This document shows positions 63,954-64,000 of a stretch of DNA of 64,000 nt, one piece after another. A program made the translations under genes and the position numbers. The stretch is from an uncultured delta proteobacterium (GTDB taxonomy: Bacteria > Desulfobacterota > Syntrophia > Syntrophales > Smithellaceae). Positions within the stretch are counted from its first letter, which is position 1; each line of letters begins with the position of its first letter. Under the pieces are notes generated by a model. It was not told the DNA's origin. It worked only from the letters and a program-made list of their open reading frames with translations, and searched no databases. The DNA lies in assembly GCA_903907985.1 (NCBI GenBank), contig CAIVQG010000030.1:25534-89533 (forward strand), read 5' to 3'.

Positions 63954-64000
63954 CTTTGCAGTGTTCCTTCGGCCATTATTTTTCCGTCGTTGAGCAGTCG
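63950..64000 (-). CDS. 3' end of an upstream gene (ABC-ATPase-like C-terminal tail); the rest lies outside the window
   Basis: My own translation gives ..RLLNDGKIMAEGTLQR*. Its stop overlaps the SDR start (ATGA). The pattern resembles the V.L.dG.i..eG tail of ABC/ECF ATPases, but 16 residues is thin evidence. Confidence 0.3.
   Translation of the reverse strand, partial: RLLNDGKIMAEGTLQR

Overview
This is a 64-kb chromosomal window, roughly mid-40s %GC by eye. Its gene content looks like a Desulfobacterota (delta-proteobacterial, sulfate-reducer or syntroph type) genome, which is an inference from the mix of genes: a 4-hydroxybutyryl-CoA dehydratase, many sigma-54 and two-component parts, gatCAB, thyX, and FAS-like genes inside a biotin operon. 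I support about 65 protein-coding genes, mostly housekeeping operons. In window order they are: two Ddl-like ATP-grasp genes plus a GNAT; PhoU-like/Pit; a lysA-like gene; kefG-kefC; a CHASE2 Ser/Thr kinase-PP2C-FHA triad; murI; a small decayed restriction/mobile islet (intact Mrr-like nuclease, truncated HsdR_N-methylase relic, DUF1016 relic, Bro-N protein); a tandem-domain thyX; MFS, GNAT and pldA; an SLT transglycosylase; ilvBNCD plus an SDR; PBP1A; tatAC; an acyl-CoA dehydrogenase; an HDAC-family gene; gatCAB-mtnA-HAD; DUF116, a FlgC-like mini protein, HDOD and MBL genes; lpd; yefM-yoeB; an HI0933-type flavoprotein; two small secreted proteins; a histidine kinase, abfD, a sigma-54 response regulator and a CoA-transferase; and an M48 peptidase with bioD-bioF preceded by SDR, ACP-like, nitroreductase-family, ketosynthase and hotdog genes. 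I saw no rRNA, tRNA, CRISPR array or intact IS/transposase. The most interesting signals are these: (1) a translationally coupled mini fatty-acid-synthase-like cassette fused to bioF-bioD, a candidate non-canonical pimeloyl-thioester route with a nitroreductase-family protein where an enoyl reductase would be expected; (2) an unannotated 36-codon Ile/Leu/Val-rich leader ORF with a near-consensus promoter and two tandem terminator hairpins with interchangeable arms upstream of ilvB; (3) a near-consensus sigma-54 promoter driving two paralogous small secreted proteins next to an HK / sigma-54 regulator pair; (4) a fused two-domain ThyX whose halves have lost complementary active-site motifs; (5) a short sequence element shared, in the same orientation, by the leaders of gatC and the CoA-transferase operon. 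All functional calls come from motif recognition by eye, and no database search was run.
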